Source: Schmidtea polychroa
Lineage: Eukaryota
Length of the DNA: 64,000 nucleotides
Assembly (NCBI GenBank): GCA_044892525.1
Contig: CM097885.1
Location: 53,384,001 to 53,448,000 of the forward strand
Direction of reading: 5' to 3'
A model generated the notes under the pieces. The model was not told the origin of the DNA, made no database searches, and saw nothing but the letters and a program-made list of their open reading frames with translations. The stretch's first letter is position 1. Every line of letters starts with the position of its first letter. Both the position numbers and the translations under genes were made by a program. This document shows positions 31,275 through 46,163 of the stretch, piece after piece.

Positions 31275-31978
31275 TAATTACTTTTTGTAATAAACTCATT
31301 TTTGAAGAAACCATTTGATAGTAAGTCTTTGTTATTTTATATCATGTTTATGTTAATAGTTCCATTACAATTAATGTCAAGATTTAATTTCTTTTGTTTT
31401 TTGTGTTGAACGTAAGAGTGTTCAGCGACATATTGATGTATCTGCGTCTCTATTCAGTCCTGCGTTCAACTATGCAACCACAAATTTAAAATCATTAGCA
31501 CTCAGCCATGCATTATCTATACTATAATTTTTTTTTGTTCGGTCATTGGAGGTCGTCCACTTGATGGTTCTGCCATGGAGTTGTGCCGATAAAATCCCTC
31601 CGTTATGGCTCCATCTACTTATTATAGGTCGACAGCGATATGTCTCGACTCCACACAACAATAAGGCTTATCGTAGCGATCACAGTGGGGCCGTGTAAGC
31701 AAGCACTCTTCCCGACTGTTAATGCAATAACACAGTTAAATTCAACATTAAAAATCTCTACAATACCTTTACACTAAGACTATAATCGAGTAGAACTCAG
31801 ACCTAACTTAATCACCACTCTACAAGGCACACTTAATGTAGACGGTTAAATTTCATAGAAGCGAACCTACCTATACGGTTGTCGAAGCTAGATTCATAAA
31901 TGAACTTTCTAATAATAGAGTAAACGAAAGAAATTTTTTGTGATTTTTGTGCAAGTCTGAAGTATAGACTATTGAATG

Positions 31979-32086
<108 letters not shown>

Positions 32087-33253
32087 ATAAACCGTAAATT
32101 ATTGGTATAAAATATATATATAAACTGTAAACTTATAAAATACAATTATAAATCTAAAATACAAATATAAATATACTAATATAAATTGCAGACTTATATA
32201 TCTAGAACCTAAAATGAGAATTCTCGTGAACGACCCCCCCCCTTCTTTGGTAACCGGAAAAAATACAAACTTACATTTGTTAATATGATTATCATTATCA
32301 AATTTGTTATTATTGTTATTGTTATTATTTTTGTTATTTCTGTTAGCATTATTATTATTACCATGATTCCATTGCGGTATTATTAAAATATTATATTTAT
32401 TTTATACATCGAGATTTATAAAACAAATTATCGATTTAGGATTCCTCTTATTGTCAAATTTACAATTAGTATAATTTAATCCAATGAAAACTATCAAAAT
32501 TACCAAACTCTATTTTTAGTAACAACCCCCCCCAGTAAACGATATCAATAACAATACTTTAAACCAAAATTTCATATAGGCATGTGTGGGTAAGTATATA
32601 TAAATATCTGAATTAAGCTACCCCCGAAAGACCCCAAATAACGACGACAAAGTGCAATAACTGATTGTAGCTATAAAACCTATTTATTTCCAAATCAAAA
32701 GAAAATTTAAATTGTTAAAATTTATTTATTTCAAACACCGAAATTTCATATCATTTTCGCTGAATCACATTTATACCAAAGCTATTCAAACTTAGGTGAT
32801 GTCCTGTCCTAATGAAATCCACTCCCTGAAGTTAGAAAACTTTCGCATAATTCCTTATTTTCGGCTTCCGTTTTCCTCGCCTTAAATAGACTAGTCCATA
32901 AGTGGAAATTTGTCCCAGCTCAACGGCTGGCATATTGTTTTAAAGGGTTGATGTTGGAGGGTCAATGAGATCTCTTACATCTCTTTTGAAGTAGTCGTAG
33001 TCAGATAAATTATTGTTGGGCCAGAACCGAGAATCGAGAGCTTGTTTTAATAAATCAAAAATATATAACATAAAAATCGCACCAAGTTAAATTTAAACAC
33101 CAATCAATACAAATTAAAGTACATAACACATTGATGAAAACTAAGACCCAGGTAATAAAATAAAGGAACGAAAATAAAGGTCGCAATCACTAACACAATT
33201 AGGAGAAACATCAAATTCGGAATAGCTACCAACTAAGAAATAAAATAATAATA

Positions 33254-34256
33254 CCGTAATTATCCGAATATAAGACGCTTTTTTTTCATCACTTTTGGGG
33301 ATGATAATCGTGGTGCGTCTTATACATGGGTATAACAGGAAATATTTTTTCCTACTCAGAAAATTTTCTGAAAACCCGGTATGGGCAAGGGAAATAAAGC
33401 ATAAATTAATACAAAATATTTCTTTATTAGTTACAGAATGTTTTTTCATTACAGAGATCATTATTTTCATCTTCACTTTATATAAAATTCTCAATCTCAA
33501 TGGACTCGTCCACTTCTTCAAACATTAATTCATTTTCCATATCATCATCCTCATTCCCTACATCAGATATATCGTCCTGCCAAATAACATCGTCTTCTGA
33601 TCCATCCATAGCATTACTCAAACAACATTTCTTGAATCCTTTGATAATAATTGCCTCACTAACTGCATCCCATGATAATTGAATCCATTTGCAAATAGTT
33701 TCTAAATCAACCTTTCGTCTATTGAACCAGGATACATCTCCTTGACTAACTCTAAAGCCTTCAATCTAACTTCTACAGTGGATATTGAGGAACCTGAAAA
33801 TCGCCTTTCATGAACATATTCAACCAATTTTTTCTCCACGTCAGGAAAAAATAATTTCCTCCCTCTGCCAGGGGCCTTTGTAGAGGATCTGCACTCTTTT
33901 AAAGTATTTTTATTATTTCTCCAATGCCTTACATTAGCTTCACTGAGTCCATATTCTCTAGATGCTCCTCTATTTCCGATACGTTCGGCTGCTTCAATTA
34001 CCTTCAATTTGAAACCTGTCGTATAACTGCAGCGTTTAGAAGACATTATAGGGAAATAAAAATTTAAATTTAAGTAACTGAAATTTTAATTTTAAACAAA
34101 AAATAAATTTAATGTAATATAAATTTAATGTAATATAAATTTAATGTAATAATTATACATGCGTCTTATATTTGGGTTACTTATATTTTCTTGAATTCAG
34201 TCAATTTTTAATGATGCGTCTTATATTGGATGCGTCTTATATTCGGATAATTACGG
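33254..34256 (-). mobile_element. Internally deleted pogo-family (POGK/Passer-like) DNA transposon
   Basis: TIRs CCGTAATTATCCGAATATAAGACGC, TA TSDs on both sides. ORF 33702-34046 has a Brinker-type DBD (KRCSYTTGFKLKVI...VRHWR) and the start of a CENP-B HTH, fused out of frame to the transposase tail (ICKWIQLSWDAVSEAIIIKGFKKCCLSNAMDGSEDD). The DDD core is missing. Confidence 0.9.
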
Positions 34257-35493
34257 TAAATAAAATAATGGGAAATAAATTAATTAATAATATGAAAAAT
34301 TTCTAAATAAATAAATTTAAAATTTAAGATAAATTATCTAGTAAACTGGTAAAATGATAAAAAGTAGAATAAAAGTAGTAAAATTAGATAAACTATAAAA
34401 TTTAGAAAACCAAATTGTTTAAATCAATGAAACTAAAGAAAAATTAACTAAACTTATTTAAATTATAAAAAACTTGTAAAACTAAATTAAAATTAGCAAA
34501 AACTATTTAAATTATAGAATTATAAAAATAAATCTTGAAAATTAATAAAAAATAGAATTTTGATTAATTAAATTAATTAAATTAAAAAATAAACAATTGC
34601 ACACATTCATGCATGCATGCAAAAATTAACAAGAATTGCCTCGCATTCTAATTGGATATAACAGCAGAGAATGCGTAGGCGTACAATTCAATCAGTATAA
34701 ATACGGATTGAAATTTCAGTTATTCAACTAGTTAGACTGGATTTTCAGATTTACACAACAATTCGTTTACTGGCAGTGAACATATGCTCTCAATTTTCGA
34801 TTTCATGCCATCGCGGTGAGGTAAATTTGATTTTTTTTGTGTAATGTAATTTTGTTAAGTCTAATGTTATTTTGAATTGAAGTTAATTTTCGTTAATATT
34901 GGAATGGTATTGTTTATTTTGCTGTTGTTAACTCTAATGTTATACAATTTTATGAATTAATAAAATTTTTAATGGAATTTGTTTTAATTAATTCTTATGT
35001 TTTGCTTATGCTATTTTTGTCTTTTTTGAATAATGTTATAATTTAGGTTGGGTTTTTCTTGATATTTATGTGTAGATGCTCTGGGCTGGGGAAGGTTTGT
35101 GGACGGGCGGCACTACGTGCTGTTAGTCGGCAGATGTTTCGCCAGTTGAGTCCATCGGGTTAGGAGATATAGATAGGGATATGAACGGTTGGAGAGGGTA
35201 AAGTCAATTTACGAATGTATATTGATAGATGCGTCCCAGGCATTGGCCTGCATACGTCAAGGCTGTGTGCTCAGTGACTTTAAATTTAATAAATTAGATG
35301 CAGGACGGATCAACATCGAAGATCGTTCAATTCGATTTTAACCCCTCCTACACACTAAATAGAAGCAAAATTTCAAAAAAATAGATCGATATAATCATAT
35401 TAGAAATCATATTATAATAATATTATAATAAAATAACATATCGCTCTTACTGAATATTTCCGTTAGTTATACAAAATAACCGTAAATGTTTTT

Positions 35494-36181
35494 GGCATAA
35501 AGAGTGTTTTTGTGACTAAAATGTATCGGTATATATACCTATATTTTGTGTGCAAGTACACGTGTGCGTGTTGATGCATTAAAACAAACTCGAATTCTTT
35601 TTATTCTAGAATTTTCTATTTTCTATTTTTGATAATTTTAATGGCAATTTTAGTGCCATATTTTTTTTTAATTTTTATTCTTTAATTATTTTTTGTTAAA
35701 TTTGCCTCCATGATGGATTTGGGAAACTCCAGAACTCCAGAATTTTTATTTTAATGTTGTTTTTTCTAAATTGTTTTTTCAAATTTTTATTTTTAAAACT
35801 AATTTATTTATTTTTATTAACTTTTGTTGATTTACATAGCTTTTATGATAGATGTCGCCATTTTTATGAATTGTTCTGGAATTTCAACTAGAATTTAGTA
35901 TTTTACTATCTTTCGATGTCATTCGAGTCTGTATTTTGTAATTTTTTATGTTTCTCTGTTATGTTTAAGTTAATTTTCTTGCAATACTTCTTGCATTTGT
36001 GAGATTTTTTTTAAATTTCAGTGTTTTTATTTTCTGTTGTGTTTCTCTAAATTAATATTGTTTATTTGGTGTTTTTATCTTTGTATTTGACTAAAATTAT
36101 TGTCAGGTATGCATGCTATGTGCCAACACATTTTGTCACATTTATAAGATTTTGGGTCTAGAAATCAGTTCTAGCCCAACA
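35494..36181 (+). repeat. ~700-bp dispersed repeat, copy 2
   Basis: Inverted, diverged copy of 30569-31274, ending CCCAACA. Confidence 0.85.
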
Positions 36182-36512
36182 CATTGGTTAAATGAAGATT
36201 CAGTTATTGATGTTCGCCGTTCCAAAATTGTGACTGAAAATGCAGTGAAGATGATGAAAGACTTTTGAAGAAAATGCAAAAACGACAAATACCTAAACCT
36301 CCGATTTCTAAATACAAATTTAGACTTATAAAGATTGTAATTAATAAATGTTTGAATTTTTGAATATAATTGAATTGGTGTCTATGTTTTAAGTGTGGTG
36401 CGCTACGTTTTAGAATATTTATCACTAAAAAAGATCAAATAAGTTATTTTTATATAAAAGTTCATCTTATGCTGCCACAGACTTATTTTTAAAAAAAATC
36501 AAAACTGCAATA

Positions 36513-37723
<1,211 letters not shown>

Positions 37724-38339
37724 TGTTGCTAACACTTTTAATGTTTTTGTCATTGGGTTGTCTTGTGAACTTTAGGAATAAAATTCAGGTTCTTGAACAT
37801 TGTCAACTGAAAGGATCGATTACTATTAGTGACCACAGCAAGGGATGTATAATTATTTTGTCTGGAGAGGATGATGTATTTGTGTTAGTATTGTCGCATA
37901 TGTTTTAAATGTTTTAAAAATAATTAAAAATAATCTAGTGTATACAAAGTTTTGTTTTAAAATATCTGAAAATTAAATATTATTTTCAAATGTAAAATTT
38001 ATTAAATTCAATCAATTTCTATTATTTAAATTCAAAATTTTAAAATTATAAATTGTTTAAAATAAAATGTGAGTGATTAAAAATAAAGATTTAAAGTTAA
38101 AAAAAATTATTTATTGGCTTTCAGAATTTTTTTTATAATTTTTTTGAATAGGCAATTTAAAATCTATAACATTTTTAATTTTTTAACTTGACGATGATAG
38201 TGAACCTATTGAAATTTATCATATAGGTGATGCTTTAGTGGCAATTTTTAATATTTATAGAATTATTATTACAGGATTTTTATTAAATTTGAATTATTTT
38301 GAATAATAATTATATTGTTGGGTATTTGTGCAAGTCGGT

Positions 38340-39155
38340 ATCACTGTCTGACTCCTTCGTGTCCTTTGAAAATAAGTTAAACACCCAACACAAAATCTTT
38401 ATTCGAGACTAATACAATTACACTTGTTAAACTTTTGTTACACTTTTTATTGATTCCACCATACTTGATACTTGATTTGCCTTTTGTCTTCCAGCATTTT
38501 CTATTCGTACCTCACGGTCTTTAGGAGTCTCAGTAATCAGTCGAACTAATCCACCACATTTACGAGCTGTAAGAATTTCAACCGCTTCAATGTGTGTTTT
38601 GTGATTTAGATGAAGTTTCAAATAATTCAAATAAATCTCCATCTACTTTCGCTTCGGTACAAAATTTGCACTTAATTTTACTTTCTTCTTCATTGAATTC
38701 GAATATACAATTTAGTTTCACATGGCAGAGTTCACGTGAAATTGGTATTTTGGTCTTAACAAGTTGCAAAAGCCAAGCAGGTTTGAAATTTGGACATACT
38801 TTTTTGGATGTTGACATTGGGTGACTTGAGGAGTTTCTTTTTGACATCTTTGAAGCTGGGATTGAATTTATGTAAAAAAAACAACAAAAATAAATAATAA
38901 TACATATACCATTTACAATTCCTCGCCACAGCACAAAATATTAACTTTATTTAGTCGATGTTCGAAATATACTAATTATATTGCTTTATAATAGCAATTA
39001 GCTATGTAAAAATAAGTCTACTTTGATCAATATTAAAAATTATTTTAAAAAACCGTCAATAATTTGAAAAAAAATCCGCGAGCAATTTATGGAATGCTGT
39101 GAGCAACAATTTTTTATGCGCAATTGCGCATGCGCGCAGCTTAAAGGGAACGTTG
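38340..39155 (-). mobile_element. hAT-type (Tip100-like) transposon 5' fragment
   Basis: Minus-strand terminus CAACGTTCCCTTTAAGCTGCGCGCATGCGC. Frameshifted N-terminal zinc-finger coding region (FKPAWL...IKCKFC / LKLHLNHKTH). No catalytic core seen. Confidence 0.55.
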
Positions 39156-40320
39156 GTCATAATACTTATCTAACTTCAAATTTAATAAAACTTGTTTATA
39201 TTAAACCTAAAATCTCAATTTGAGAATAACTTTCAGTACAAATTAATATATACAAAGTATCTAGTTGATGTTGACATAGATAAAAAATGACAAAAATAAC
39301 AAATTTGTATTCAATGTTCGGTTGAGTAAAAATGAAATAAATTTAAGATTCAACTGAATGATTCATTTGTATTCGAGCTTCAATAAAAAACTCACGGGAA
39401 ATGAAGATTTAGTGACGAGATGATACGAAAACAATTACGAATGAAATGAAGTAATTAATAAGTTTAATTAAATATATGAATCGTCAGATGACATAAATTA
39501 ATTAATTATTCCAAGATAATTTACGATTTAGGCTGTAGATCAATTTTCCATTTATCGTTCGATTTCGGACAAAAATAATCTATTTAATTATTAGAGAATC
39601 GATAAAAGGAATTCCCCAGAAATTACACTGCCCGTGAAGATTTACTGATAAATTGGCACTTTCAATTTAGGATTTTTCTTTTATTTTTATAAATTCTGAA
39701 TGAATATATTTCATCACACACACACACACATGCAAACAGTCGGATAATATCTCAAAAGAAAGGCTAAAGTTAAGTGTAAAACTTAATAAAAGATCTAGAA
39801 TCGAATAAATATGCATAACAATTGATTTAAAATAGCAATTCGACATTTTGATTTATTAGCATTTTTTCGTGTTGACTACAAAACAAAATATTGATCTCTA
39901 AAGGAAAATAAAAATGGATTAATAGTGAACAATGTTGTATTAACTGTATACGTTATTTTTCTTTATCAAAACGGTATAGAAACATTAAAATTTCTAAATT
40001 TTGAAAACCCAATTAAATTAAGTTTAATTGCAATTCGCTCTTTTAATAATGTGTTTTCTAAAGAAAATATGAAAAATTACAAAAGAACTTTGCAACATGA
40101 ACTTATTATTTACCTAAGGAAAAATGTGTCTAATTATCTATTTGAAAACTGAATTCAAAGTGAATTATTTTGAAAAATTGTTTTTTTGATTTTATTGATT
40201 AATGTAATTTGTATTTTTATTGCGCATTTCTTAAAATTAGAACTTCAACTTTAAACGGATTGAGGGTGGTATTCATTATACAGAAAATTAGTTCCGTCAC
40301 TCGCGACGATTACCTTTTAA

Positions 40321-40572
40321 CACGTTGACTGTCATATGCCCCGCCCGCAGTACACAGTACATTTTTATACATATGCCACGTGTAGCGCCGGCGGTACATA
40401 CATAATACTACTGAATAATCACGTTTTTCTTGTGGCAGTGGGCTTAAACTGTTTATTTATATACAGTGGCACCTTGCCGGCTGCCACAGTCTATAATGTA
40501 CTACGGCACCGTAGGAATGTAGTATTTATATATATATATATATTTATATATAGATGGTGGCAGTCAACGTTG
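40321..40572. mobile_element. piggyBac-like MITE
   Basis: TTAA-CACGTTGACTG at the left end, CAGTCAACGT at the right end with a degenerate TTAA. About 250 bp, non-coding. Confidence 0.5.
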
Positions 40573-41237
40573 TAATTGTGATCTCATCGATTATAAATAC
40601 GGAAATATTGAACTATCATAAAGTCTTTTATAATTTTTGGTCACCTTTAATGTATTTTCTTTTTTTTTCATATTTCATTCATTTTCATTGTGAGAAAAGA
40701 TCAGAAATTAATTTTTTTTTCTTGTCATAACGAACTTAAATAACATACCAAACATTAAACCAATGATTTTGTATAAGTTGTCGTATCTTTTAATGTAACT
40801 GAGTCTAAAAGCCATTTTATATATGTTCACTAAACTAAAAAATAGTTTTAGCGTATTTATTATCGTATTTATGGAAAGGTTTGTGCAAGTTTATTGTTTT
40901 TCTTATGTTCGAGTTATGTTAATAAGTAAAAATAATTATTAAAATGCTTCGTCATTTGAGTGCAAAATAATTAAAATTCGATAAATTAATGAAAGTTAGG
41001 AAAATAAATTCATAAACAAAAGTTAATTAAAAATTTGAAAAATCAATATTTTTCAGGGGAAAAATATAACTTAGTAGTAAAATGAAAATTTAAAGACAAA
41101 TATAATGGTTTTAAATTGAAGGGCCCTAGATAACACAATTCCATAAATACAGATTAATTAGGTAAGTTATGTAAAGTTTTGTTTTAATAATATTCGTTTT
41201 AGCGTGTTTTTGAAAAATATATTTTATTGAATTATTA

Positions 41238-42497
41238 TTGATTTATTTTATGAATTTAGAAGTTGAAGACATCATAACTGGCGACCACGCCAAGGAAATC
41301 AATGCGATAGGGAAAAAGAAAGGAACTAAGAATATGTTAGATTCCTTGTCAAAACAAGCACGTGAAATGCTAAATTTTTATGTAAGAAAGTTTGACGGAA
41401 AAGTTGGATCTGAAGCCGAACTTTGGCTAAAGGATATTATGGAATGGCTGAGAATAGAAGATCAAAGTCTAGTAGACGCATTGGATCTTTTGTTGACAGA
41501 CGCGGCATCGATGTTATGGGAAGCGGCGAAAATGGTGAAGATGACCGATGAAATGGCAAAAGAGTGGTTTATAGAAACTTTTACAGTAAGGAAAACCATT
41601 ACTAACAGGATTGTGGAACTAGCTCAAATTCAGCAAGAGAGAGATGAAAGATTCCAAGTCTTCGAAATACGAGTAAGAAGTTTAGTTAAAAGTGTATTTA
41701 GCTCTGGAATGTCTGATGAACAGATTGTTCGAGACATTATTTCAAACAGAGCGAAAGACGATAGAGTAAAAGAAATATTCTTATCAGGGAAAGTGACAAG
41801 TTTTGAAGATGCCAGGGATATGGCAAAAATTCAGGAGAAGATCGAGATGACGAATGACAATAAATTCAATATTGATGCCATAAGAAGAGACTCTTACGCA
41901 TCAGTGATGAAAAATGGAAAATTCGAGGGTAGACGAGACCAAAGAACAATTGTGAAGACAACTGCACATCAACGCGACGAACACCGAGAGATTAATCATG
42001 AGAAGAATAGACCTGGTAATGGTCGGTTTGTACCAATTGTAAATGAAGACAAGAATGGAAATGAGCGGTATAGAGGACGATATGAGACAGGAGAACCAGA
42101 GAGAAGAATACCTACAGTATCGCTTAAAGATATTGCAAGAAGGTTATTTAATGACAGCAAGGGAAGAGATTCGCCTCATCCAGTGAAACTGACACCAGGT
42201 CAGTGTTTTTGTTGTGGAGAAAAAGGGCACCGGCGTTTTGAATGTCCTATGAAAGACAAATGTCTAATCTGTGGAAAAGAAGGTCATGGATTCAGAGATT
42301 GTTTTTTGCTTAAAAATAGAAATGGATATCAGAAGAGAGTGGCATGTATTTACGAAGAAGATCACGAAAGAAATAATGGTGATTTCACAGAAGATTTATA
42401 CAGTAATTACGAAGAAACGATAAAAGAATCAATGGATAAACCAAAAAACAAGGACGATCCCATTGCTTTCATTTCGTCAGCGTGGTCGACACAATAA
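41238..42497 (+). CDS. gag: Gag with two CCHC knuckles
   Basis: CFCCGEKGHRRFEC and CLICGKEGHGFRDC. The first ATG (41250) is inside the 5' LTR. Confidence 0.9.
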   Translation: MIYFMNLEVEDIITGDHAKEINAIGKKKGTKNMLDSLSKQAREMLNFYVRKFDGKVGSEAELWLKDIMEWLRIEDQSLVDALDLLLTDAASMLWEAAKMVKMTDEMAKEWFIETFTVRKTITNRIVELAQIQQERDERFQVFEIRVRSLVKSVFSSGMSDEQIVRDIISNRAKDDRVKEIFLSGKVTSFEDARDMAKIQEKIEMTNDNKFNIDAIRRDSYASVMKNGKFEGRRDQRTIVKTTAHQRDEHREINHEKNRPGNGRFVPIVNEDKNGNERYRGRYETGEPERRIPTVSLKDIARRLFNDSKGRDSPHPVKLTPGQCFCCGEKGHRRFECPMKDKCLICGKEGHGFRDCFLLKNRNGYQKRVACIYEEDHERNNGDFTEDLYSNYEETIKESMDKPKNKDDPIAFISSAWSTQ

Positions 42498-44575
42498 TCA
42501 GTAGAAAGAAGCGAAATAAAGACATGATGCAGAAGATGTATGAGACGACAGACAGAAGAAAGTGGAGTAAGATTGTAATAAACATGACGGCGATTGACAT
42601 GCTTTGGGACTCTGGAGCGTCAGTATCAGTTATGAGTGAAAAAGGTTGGACAAAGATCGGGAAACCGAGGTTGAAGCAGAGCACAATTTCTCTTTGTGGA
42701 GTATTTTCAACGGGAATGGAAAGACCGTTAGGAGCAATGACGATAAAAGCTGATTGGAATGGGAAAAAAAGAATTATTAATGTTATAGTTGTCAAAGATA
42801 TACGTCCAGATTTCCTTGGGGGTGTAGATACAATGGAGAGATTTGGTATTCGACTGGTAGAAGTAGACAATATTGAAGCGTCACAAGTAGGGAGGACATA
42901 TGTGGACTCACAACGAGAAGAGAAAGCATTATTAATGCTTGGAGACAGGAAGAATGAACAGTTAGACATATTGCTACGGAAGTTCAAAGGTAGTTCTGTG
43001 GCTTCAACTTTTGATCTCGGTTTTACGAAAGTTGTTCAACATGAAATGAATATAGTAGGTGGGCCTGTAATGTTACAGCCAAGAAGACAACCAATGCATT
43101 TAGAACAAAAGCTTGACGAACTTGTCAAAAACTTATTAGAAGCGAGAGTTATTAGAAAATGCAAAAGTGCATGGAACGCGCCACTAGTAATTGTGGCTAA
43201 GAAAGATGGATCAATAAGGATGTGTGTCGACTATAGAGGGTTGAATGCGATCACTGAAAAGATATCTTTTCCAATGCCAGATACACGATTTATACTGGAT
43301 TGTCTGGCAGATTCAAAATATTTCACATCCATCGATCTAGGTCAAGCATATTATCAAGTTGGAATGGCGAAGGAAATTCAAGAGGTCACGGCTTTCAGTA
43401 CAAGGCAAGGACAGTTTTGTTTTAACCGACTTCCTTTTGGACTAGCAACCGCCCCTGCGACGTTTCAAAGAATGATGCACTCAATGTTGGATGGAATATT
43501 ATTTAAGGGTGTTGTTGTCTACCTCGACGACATTCTTGTCTATGGAAAAGACAAAGTGGAACACAATAACCGATTAGAGGAAGTATTCAGAAGAATTCAA
43601 CTAGCGGGGTTGAGAATTAACCCAGAAAAATGTAATCTGTATAAAGAAGAATTGACATTCCTAGGGCACACTGTAAGTGCAAGTGGGATAAAAACGAACG
43701 ACAAGAAGATTAAAGAGATTCAAGATGCAGAAATACCAGTATGCGCCAAACAATTAAGATCCTTTTTAGGTATGACCAATTACTATAGGAAGTTTATAAA
43801 AGACTATGCGAAAATTGCGGAACCTCTACATGCAGCTACGTCCGGCTGTGAGAAAAAGATTAATTGGTCAGAAGATTGCAACAATAGTTTTGAATTACTT
43901 AAATCAAAGTTGTGTGAAGCTCCAATTCTAGATTACCCAAGAATGGATAGAAACTTTATTCTGGATACAGACGCTAGTTTTGGGGCCATCGGAGCAGTTT
44001 TATGTCAAGCTAAAGAAGATGGTACTGAAGTGGTATTTGCATATGGGTCGAGACACTTGACCGCGCATGAAAAAGGTTATTGTGTGACTAGGAAGGAGTT
44101 ACTTGCTATACACGAATATGTAATGTATTTTAAACAATATCTATACGGAAAGTCATTTGTAGTACGAACGGATCACAAGGCGTTGGTTTTCATGAGATAC
44201 ACAAAAAAACCGATAAGCCCGCAATTTCAAACCTGGCTAGCCAACCTTTCCGGATATGATTTCGATCTTCAATATAGGAAAGGAGAGGAACATGGAAATG
44301 CGGACGGAATATCAAGGATTAAAGGGATGTTATGTGCACAATGCCAGACTAGACATGAAGACGCAAAAGAAGAAAAAGCCAGAGTAAGACATATCAGCTC
44401 ATTACAGAAGACTGAGTCGATGACAAAACTCTTAGAAAAGCAACAAGATGATGTAGATTTCATTCACATGACAAGAGTGTTACAGGGAGAAGAGAAAAAA
44501 GATGACTTGAATAAAAAGAAATTTCCTTTCAATTTGCAAAACAACATAAAATTAGAAGATGGGTTTTATTATTAG
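42482..44575 (+). CDS. pol: Pol: protease, RT, RNase H (in -1 frame to gag)
   Basis: LWDSGAS, WNAPLVIVAKKDGSIRMCVDYR, YLDD, LDTDAS, RKELLA, TDHKAL. Slippery A-AAA-AAC at 42443-42449. A frameshift near 44570 separates the integrase. Confidence 0.92.
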   Translation: MVDTIISRKKRNKDMMQKMYETTDRRKWSKIVINMTAIDMLWDSGASVSVMSEKGWTKIGKPRLKQSTISLCGVFSTGMERPLGAMTIKADWNGKKRIINVIVVKDIRPDFLGGVDTMERFGIRLVEVDNIEASQVGRTYVDSQREEKALLMLGDRKNEQLDILLRKFKGSSVASTFDLGFTKVVQHEMNIVGGPVMLQPRRQPMHLEQKLDELVKNLLEARVIRKCKSAWNAPLVIVAKKDGSIRMCVDYRGLNAITEKISFPMPDTRFILDCLADSKYFTSIDLGQAYYQVGMAKEIQEVTAFSTRQGQFCFNRLPFGLATAPATFQRMMHSMLDGILFKGVVVYLDDILVYGKDKVEHNNRLEEVFRRIQLAGLRINPEKCNLYKEELTFLGHTVSASGIKTNDKKIKEIQDAEIPVCAKQLRSFLGMTNYYRKFIKDYAKIAEPLHAATSGCEKKINWSEDCNNSFELLKSKLCEAPILDYPRMDRNFILDTDASFGAIGAVLCQAKEDGTEVVFAYGSRHLTAHEKGYCVTRKELLAIHEYVMYFKQYLYGKSFVVRTDHKALVFMRYTKKPISPQFQTWLANLSGYDFDLQYRKGEEHGNADGISRIKGMLCAQCQTRHEDAKEEKARVRHISSLQKTESMTKLLEKQQDDVDFIHMTRVLQGEEKKDDLNKKKFPFNLQNNIKLEDGFYY

Positions 44576-45602
44576 AGAAGAATGGTAAAGATGTCATCCT
44601 GGTGCCGATAGACTACTCAAATACGTTAGTTAAAGGAATACATACTGAAATATGTCACATTGGAGTAAAGAAATTAATTAGCTATATGAGCAACATATTT
44701 TTTTGGCCAAACATGCAAGAAACTATACAAAACTGTTTGAGAGTATGTGAGATATGCTGCAGAAGGAAAATAGTGCAGGAGAAGACAAAGGAACGATTGT
44801 TGCCGATAATAAGTTCAGAATTTTTAGAGCAGTTGGTCATTGATATAGCACACATGAAGAATGGTGGAGTGTACAAGTATATGCTAGTTATCATTGATCG
44901 TTTTAGCAAAATGGTCAGTCTGACCGCACTGGAGAGACAAGACGAGAGATCGATTTTCAAAGCCATATTGGAGAAGTGGATATACCGTTTCGGAAAACCA
45001 CGAAATTGTCTGTCAGACAGAGGGAAGAACTTCGATAGTGGTTTTATGAAAACAAATCTAGGAAGACTGGGTATTACGCAACAGTTCAGTTCACCATATC
45101 AGCATCAATCTAACGGTTTAGTTGAGAGAACAATACGGACAGTCAGAGACTTGCTGGCGACATCATTAGCAGGTGGACTAGGAGAGCGAAATTGGGCGGA
45201 GTTACTTCCTCGAGTAGAATTTTGTATCAACGTGACACAACAGAGCGTGACGGGATTTTCTCCATTTGAAATTGTTTTTGGGAGGAAGATTAACCTTCAT
45301 TCAACATTGCCTCAGACGACATTGGATACAGTTGAGATACATAGATTGGTAAGAGAGAACAGTGAGAAAGCAGCTAAACGAATGAAAGAGATGGAAACAG
45401 AGAAGAGAACGAATCGATGTTTCACGGTGGGGAGAAAGTATTAGTTCGGAAAGAACCACAAAATCGCGACAAAGATGGACTACAGTATGAAGGTCTGTTT
45501 GTCATTTCAAAGTTTTTGTCAGAACACCAGGTGGAATTGAGTGACGGGACGACAAAGAAACTCAGACGAATTGAATGGCTTAAGAGATGGGCAGTTCCTT
45601 AA
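44576..45602 (+). pseudogene. Integrase part of pol, disrupted by frameshifts near 44570 and 45420
   Basis: HTEICHIG...CLRVCEIC (HHCC), IDI, SDRG, SPYQHQSNGLVER. The tail continues in ORF 45417-45602. Confidence 0.85.
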
Positions 45603-45993
45603 AGAAGGGGAGAGTTATGTAAAGTTTTGTTTTAATAATATTCTTTTTAGCGTGTTTTTAAAAAATATATTTTATTGAATTATTATTGATTTATTTTATG
45701 AATTTAGAAGTTGAAGACATCATAACTAGGTAAAATAATTGTAGAAGATATAAATCATTTTAGTTTGAAAAAAAAATCATCAAGTTTGACAAGTGTGATA
45801 GTATCTTGTTAAACTGCGACATATTAATTAAATTAAAATAAGTATTCAATACCGGGGATATACAAATTGTCAGATTGCGATTTAATTATGATTAATATAA
45901 GTCACAGCGTATAAGAAGAAAAACGAATTGGATTACATTTTCTACTGTGGTCTAAATTAAATTTATTAAGTCAATTGTGAAGTGAATTAATTA

Positions 45994-46162
<169 letters not shown>

Positions 46163-46163
46163 A

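Larger units (their letters stand above)
41165..45727 (+). mobile_element. Full-length compact Ty3/Gypsy LTR retrotransposon, 115-bp LTRs
   Basis: LTRs 41165-41279 and 45613-45727 (two mismatches seen), termini AGTTATG...CATAACT, 5-bp TSD AGGTA, PBS TGGCGACCACG (tRNA-Arg-like), PPT AAAGAAGGGGAG. Confidence 0.95.
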
